Source of the DNA: a virus
Lineage: Duplodnaviria; Caudoviricetes
Virus record (IMG/VR): IMGVR_UViG_3300033067_001088
Span: 1 to 37,193 of that record
DNA: 37,193 bases
Reading direction: 5' to 3' (one strand)
The position numbers and the translations under genes were made by a program. The notes under the pieces were generated by a model. That model worked only from the letters and a program-made list of their open reading frames with translations, did not search any database and was not told the DNA's origin. This document shows positions 34,800-37,193 of this stretch, piece by piece. Every line of letters starts with the position of its first letter. The stretch's first letter is position 1.

Positions 34800-34955
34800 A
34801 TGAAATGGTTTAGCAAACTCCCCCCTGAATTGCGCCACCTGATAGCCAGTGCATTGACTCTGCTGATTACAGGTCAGGCAATCAAACACGGATACATCAC
34901 TCCGGATCAGGCCTCAACAGTCATCGCGCCAATGGTGCAAGGCGTGGCAAAATGA
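34800..34955 (+). CDS. Putative holin-like membrane protein (51 aa, not in the ORF track)
   Basis: MKWFSKLPPELRHLIASALTLLITGQAIKHGYITPDQASTVIAPMVQGVAK. GAGG RBS. Follows the endolysin. Confidence 0.55.
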   Translation: MKWFSKLPPELRHLIASALTLLITGQAIKHGYITPDQASTVIAPMVQGVAK

Positions 34956-35161
34956 CGATTGATTTGGCAGTCATACTAAACGGGCTGATACTTGCCGCAA
35001 TTTGCTGGTTTGGGAAAAAGGCTGTTTCGATTTGCGAAACCATTGTGCGACACGACGAAAAGCTGAATAACCACAACAACCGCATCATTGAGCTTGAGCG
35101 TTGCCCGCCGTGTCCAAACGTACAGCCGTTGCGAGACACTGATTATGACGCCCGCATTTGA
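34952..35161 (+). CDS. Membrane-anchored coiled-coil lysis-cassette protein
   Basis: N-terminal TM helix, then RHDEKLNNHNNRIIELE. Confidence 0.6.
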   Translation: MTIDLAVILNGLILAAICWFGKKAVSICETIVRHDEKLNNHNNRIIELERCPPCPNVQPLRDTDYDARI

Positions 35162-35243
35162 ACTGCTCGCTGCATCAATCATTTTCGGGCTTGTGTTTGG
35201 TGTTGGCGTGATTGCCATGGCCGCTATGGTTATGGGGTATTGA
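35145..35243 (+). CDS. 32-aa hydrophobic peptide
   Basis: MTPAFELLAASIIFGLVFGVGVIAMAAMVMGY. Confidence 0.5.
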   Translation: MTPAFELLAASIIFGLVFGVGVIAMAAMVMGY

Positions 35244-35245
35244 TC

Positions 35246-35356
35246 ATGTTTAAGTGGTTTATGCGTTATCTGCTCCTGCTTGGCGTGTTGTCGATTCTCG
35301 GTTTTTTTGGTTGGTTGCTGTATTTGGTTTGGTGGTTGATTCAGGGGATGGTTTGA
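35246..35356 (+). CDS. 36-aa hydrophobic peptide
   Basis: MFKWFMRYLLLLGVLSILGFFGWLLYLVWWLIQGMV. GGGGT RBS. Confidence 0.55.
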   Translation: MFKWFMRYLLLLGVLSILGFFGWLLYLVWWLIQGMV

Positions 35357-35452
35357 TGCCTGCTCCAAAAGGTAATACAAGTACTTGGTCATCTACGCCT
35401 TTGCCTGTTCTATTATCCTGCCCGTGGTGGCGGTTTGTTGGGTGTTTAAATA

Positions 35453-35968
35453 ATGAATGATTTAAAAGTTGAATACAGAAATATTAAAGAATTAATTCCT
35501 TACTGTAACAACTCAAGAACGCACAGTGACGAGCAAGTTTTACAGATTGCATCAAGCATAAAAGAGTTTGGTTTTACTAATCCAGTGCTAATTGACGAAC
35601 AGGGCGGCATTATTGCAGGTCATGGTCGCGTCATGGCAGCTAAGAAACTAGGCCTTGCCGAAGTGCCTTGTATCGTGTTGGATGGGCTGAGCGAAGCGCA
35701 GAAAAAGGCTTATATTATTGCAGATAACAAACTAGCTCTTAATTCGGGTTGGGACGAGGAATTGCTACGGGTCGAGTTTGCCGAACTTACAGATTTGGGC
35801 TTTGATTTGGCGCTGACGGGGTTTGAGGTTGCCGAGCTACAGAATATATTTTTAGAGTCTGAAAAAATTGAGTCTGAAAAAGATTCGAGCGCAAAAGAGA
35901 TCGACGTGGACAGCTACGAAATGAGCTGCATTTGTCCAAAATGTGGATTTGAATTTGATGATAAATAA
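35453..35968 (+). CDS. ParB/Sulfiredoxin-like domain protein
   Basis: NNSRTHS, SIKEFGFTNPVLI, IAGHGR, ADNKL and C-terminal CPKCGFEF. Confidence 0.9.
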   Translation: MNDLKVEYRNIKELIPYCNNSRTHSDEQVLQIASSIKEFGFTNPVLIDEQGGIIAGHGRVMAAKKLGLAEVPCIVLDGLSEAQKKAYIIADNKLALNSGWDEELLRVEFAELTDLGFDLALTGFEVAELQNIFLESEKIESEKDSSAKEIDVDSYEMSCICPKCGFEFDDK

Positions 35969-37022
35969 ACCTGATTGTGCATGGAATCTATCCGACCTTG
36001 AAGCCATTAAAAAAAATGGTGTAAAGGTTATGAGTACGTTCGCTTGTGGTGGCGGCTCAAGCATGGGGTACAAGCGGGCAGGATGCACGATAGTTGCAGC
36101 AAACGATATCGACCCCGAGATGGCGTGGCATTACAAACGCAACCTGAATCCGCCCCTGTATTTTCTTTGCCCGATTGGTGACTTGCTGACCAAAGACCTG
36201 CCGCCCGAATTGTACGATCTGGATATTTTAGACGGGTCGCCGCCTTGCAGCACTTTTAGTATGGCGGGCAGTCGTGAAAAGTCGTGGGGCAAGGATAAGC
36301 ATTTTAGAGAGGGGCAGGCGAAGCAGGTATTGTCAGATCTGTTTTTTGATTATCTTGATTTAGTCGGTAAGCTACGGCCAAAAGTGGCAATCGCTGAAAA
36401 CGTCAAAGGAATGCTTCTTGGAAATGCCAAGGGTTACACCAAGATGATCATGGCGCGATTCAAAGAGCTAGGTTATCGTGCGCAACTGTTCCTGTTGAAT
36501 GCTGCTGATTGTGGCGTTCCGCAAAAGCGCGAGCGGGTGTTCTTTGTTGCGATTCGAGATGATATTGAAGCGCCGCCGTTGAAGCTGGCGCCGACGCATC
36601 GGTGGATTAGCGCGGGTGAAGCGACGGCTGATTTGCAGGTGTTGACGGATGATGAGGTGATTGATACAAAAGCAACTCTGACCCATACAAGGCATTGGCC
36701 GCATGTTAAACCGGGTGAAAATTATTCAGATGCTCACAAAAAAAGATGCGGTAAAGAAGGCGCATTCAATTACTTTAGGCTGAACGGAGATAAGCCATCG
36801 GCAACGCTTGCTGGTGTAGTCGCTCTTCCTGGTCATTGGTCAGAAATGCGGCTTTTAACCTACCGCGAATGGAAGCGCCTAGGCAGCTTCCCCGACGACT
36901 ACCACGCTAAGACCGACAAGATCGGTAAATACATGATCGGTATGAGTGTACCGCCTAAGATGACCGAGCAGGTGGCACGGGCTGTTTGTGAGCAGTGGCT
37001 AGGAGTGATTTATGACGACTAA
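35958..37022 (+). CDS. DNA cytosine-C5 methyltransferase
   Basis: FACGGG (motif I), GSPPC (IV), ENVKG (VI), QKRERVFF (VIII), SFPDDY and GMSVPP (X). Confidence 0.93.
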   Translation: MINKPDCAWNLSDLEAIKKNGVKVMSTFACGGGSSMGYKRAGCTIVAANDIDPEMAWHYKRNLNPPLYFLCPIGDLLTKDLPPELYDLDILDGSPPCSTFSMAGSREKSWGKDKHFREGQAKQVLSDLFFDYLDLVGKLRPKVAIAENVKGMLLGNAKGYTKMIMARFKELGYRAQLFLLNAADCGVPQKRERVFFVAIRDDIEAPPLKLAPTHRWISAGEATADLQVLTDDEVIDTKATLTHTRHWPHVKPGENYSDAHKKRCGKEGAFNYFRLNGDKPSATLAGVVALPGHWSEMRLLTYREWKRLGSFPDDYHAKTDKIGKYMIGMSVPPKMTEQVARAVCEQWLGVIYDD

Positions 37023-37193
37023 CAAAGGCGGGCAGCCGCCACATGTTTTTACACCCGAGCAAGTGATTGAGGTTGGCGCACTTGCAGCAGTATTATCGCA
37101 AGAGCAAATCGCCGATTATTTTGGTATTGCCCGCAATACGTTTACCGCAATATGCGAGCGACAGCCTGAAGTTCTTGAGCAATATAAAAAAGG
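37012..37193 (+). CDS. terS: Terminase small subunit, N-terminal HTH part (continues at the window start)
   Basis: MTTNKGGQPP...SQEQIADYFGIARNTF..ICERQPEVLEQYKKG runs off the end. AGGAG RBS. Confidence 0.85.
   Translation, partial: MTTNKGGQPPHVFTPEQVIEVGALAAVLSQEQIADYFGIARNTFTAICERQPEVLEQYKK

Noticed and set aside
1-37193. Diversity-generating retroelement, retron, CRISPR array, integrase or alternative genetic code
   Set aside because: I saw no reverse transcriptase, template/variable repeat pair, repeat-spacer array or recombinase motifs. Long genes are intact in the standard code.

Overview
The window looks like an essentially complete (about 37.2 kb), circularly permuted genome of a P22-like short-tailed phage. 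The small terminase gene is split between the two ends. Order: terS/terL, portal, scaffold, coat, gp4/gp10-like tail adaptors, three ejection proteins, a beta-helix tailspike, then a BTLCP (LapG-like) protease core with a small lipoprotein. A leftward early operon follows (Ead/Ea22-like, ParB/DGQHR-like, NinB, exonuclease, ERF). Next is a divergent control region with a single small HTH gene; I found no CI repressor and no integrase. The rightward operon carries a structured RNA and tRNA-like leader, a probable multi-domain nucleotide-sponge gene, an SNF2 helicase-methylase fusion, a J-domain protein, an iteron-containing initiator, DnaB, a Tad2-like gene and VRR-NUC. The last part holds a repeat-flanked moron, lysis genes, ParB and a C5 methyltransferase. 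Four observations stand out: (1) a probable three-domain anti-defence fusion of an unknown domain, a crAss001_48/Y16Q-like domain and a Gp49/Tad1-like domain; (2) a BTLCP protease split into two genes in reversed order, with the N-terminal part on a lipoprotein; (3) attC-like sites and a shared leader around two AT-rich cargo genes; (4) a repeated hairpin at the ribosome-binding sites of virion genes. All family calls come from motif recognition by eye. No database searches were run.
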